NCBI GenBank assembly: GCA_038874185.1
Contig: JAVZCX010000005.1
Coordinates: forward strand, 1 to 24,000
Reading direction: 5' to 3'
DNA: 24,000 nucleotides
Source: Candidatus Micrarchaeia archaeon
Lineage (GTDB): Archaea > Micrarchaeota > Micrarchaeia > CABMEP01
Part shown: positions 23,197 to 24,000 of the stretch, in pieces
Numbering within the stretch: position 1 is the first letter of the stretch
How the letters are laid out: every line of letters starts with the position of its first letter
The notes under the pieces: model-generated
What the model was told of the DNA's origin: nothing
What the model saw: only the letters and a program-made list of their open reading frames with translations
Database searches by the model: none
Made by a program: the position numbers and the translations under genes

Positions 23197-23832
23197 TTGA
23201 GTTATATGGTTGATGAATTCAAACCTATTTCGAAGCAGGAAGAGTTTGTAGAAAGAAGAAACGAAATAAACATACTTAAAGATAAGATAAAGCTTCTTGA
23301 ACTAATAATAGATAGATATAGATCCACAATAGAACAAAGTGAAACAAAGACAATAGCAGATATAAAAGCAATGGTAAACACAAAAGATGAAGAGGTAAAA
23401 AAGATCAGTGAGGAAATTAAATCTAGATTCAAGCCTTATATCTATGAAAGAGATTTCATTGCAGCAGCAAAAGAAGCTCATGAATACATAAGAAGAATAA
23501 GAACGGTAAGAACTCCTATTGACTTCTGGCTAATGCCAAAGGACATCATTAAGCTAAGAGGCGGAGATCCGATGGACAAGGCCATTTTCCTCTGCTCTAT
23601 CTTGATAGCGCTTGACAATTATGACAGCTATGTTGTAGTTGGAATAAATGATGGAACAAAGGTAGCGGTATCCTTTAAATTCAAAGATGAATGGTATGTT
23701 GTGGATCCAACTGGAAGTGAAATGATAAACGGAAAAAAAGAAGAATTAATAGAACGATTGATGTCTGACGAAAAAGATATTTATGAATTTAATAACATAC
23801 ATTATAATAAAATAAAGGAAGGGGGAGAATGA
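23197..23832 (+). CDS. Cytoplasmic protein with an N-terminal coiled coil and a C-terminal transglutaminase-like fold that lacks the catalytic Cys/His (predicted inactive)
   Basis: 211 aa. LRGGDPMDKAIFLCSILIALDNYDSYVVVG ... EWYVVDPTG parallels the transglutaminase-like core (G-D-C-x-D-x-A ... H-A-W ... D-P-T). Pro sits at the Cys position and there is no His. The track start is TTG (23197); an ATG lies at 23206. Confidence 0.5.
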   Translation: MSYMVDEFKPISKQEEFVERRNEINILKDKIKLLELIIDRYRSTIEQSETKTIADIKAMVNTKDEEVKKISEEIKSRFKPYIYERDFIAAAKEAHEYIRRIRTVRTPIDFWLMPKDIIKLRGGDPMDKAIFLCSILIALDNYDSYVVVGINDGTKVAVSFKFKDEWYVVDPTGSEMINGKKEELIERLMSDEKDIYEFNNIHYNKIKEGGE

Positions 23833-24000
23833 AGGAAATAAATGCTTCGAAAGAATATTTGTTTTCACTTTTAAGTAAAGTTTTTGCTGTTTTGATTGTT
23901 TTTTGGGGAGTAGTGTATTTAGTGCTTTCTTTGCTTGAATCCATTAATCTGAATATAGAGCTGTCCAAAGGACAAAGCAATTCCATAGTTATCCTCACTT
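23829..24000 (+). CDS. Partial CDS (5' end only): small membrane protein, runs off the window
   Basis: Open frame from the ATG at 23829 to the window end (57 codons, no stop): MKEINASKEYLFSLLSKVFAVLIVFWGVVYLVLSLLESI..., with one clear TM. ATGA start/stop overlap with the upstream gene, and GGGGGAG SD 2 nt upstream. Absent from the supplied ORF track because it is truncated. Confidence 0.5.
   Translation, partial: MKEINASKEYLFSLLSKVFAVLIVFWGVVYLVLSLLESINLNIELSKGQSNSIVILT

Noticed and set aside
973-24000. tRNA, rRNA or other structured ncRNA in intergenic regions
   Set aside because: All spacers are short and extremely AT-rich. None contains the GC-rich paired stems expected for archaeal tRNAs or rRNAs. 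This was judged by eye only, and no covariance-model scan was possible.

Overview
Visibly AT-rich archaeal chromosomal fragment. The archaeal assignment rests on a TBP-domain gene, rpl21e, rpoF, a DUF655/COG1491 gene, rsmA/ksgA, class I lysK, pus10 and archaeal-type dtdA. Internal genes carry GGTGAT/AGGAG-type Shine-Dalgarno motifs. The compact layout, K/E-rich proteins and odd informational genes suggest a small-genome DPANN-like archaeon, but this is inference only. The window has two parts. (1) 112-14375 is an 'envelope island' of ten consecutive genes that all encode exported or membrane proteins with no domain I can recognise. Its core is a minus-strand tandem array of six paralogous polytopic membrane proteins (1047-8777) sharing three motif blocks. 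A 1057-aa bitopic protein (signal peptide, beta-rich ectodomain, one TM, about 850 aa of K/E-rich cytoplasmic helix) is transcribed divergently from the array. Three further anchored or secreted proteins complete the island. I regard this as the candidate undescribed system: a multi-paralog membrane complex, possibly a VirB6/TrbL- or CedA-like translocon or a host-contact apparatus. No ATPase lies in the window, and the function is not established. (2) 14441-24000 is a housekeeping block with several oddities: a stand-alone single-repeat (half-size) TBP, a membrane gene inserted into the conserved rpl21e-rpoF-DUF655-ksgA cluster, an orphan A24 prepilin-peptidase-like gene, and a transglutaminase-like protein that appears to lack catalytic residues. 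I found no rRNA, tRNA, CRISPR array, transposase or integrase. All family assignments come from motif recognition by eye; no searches were run.
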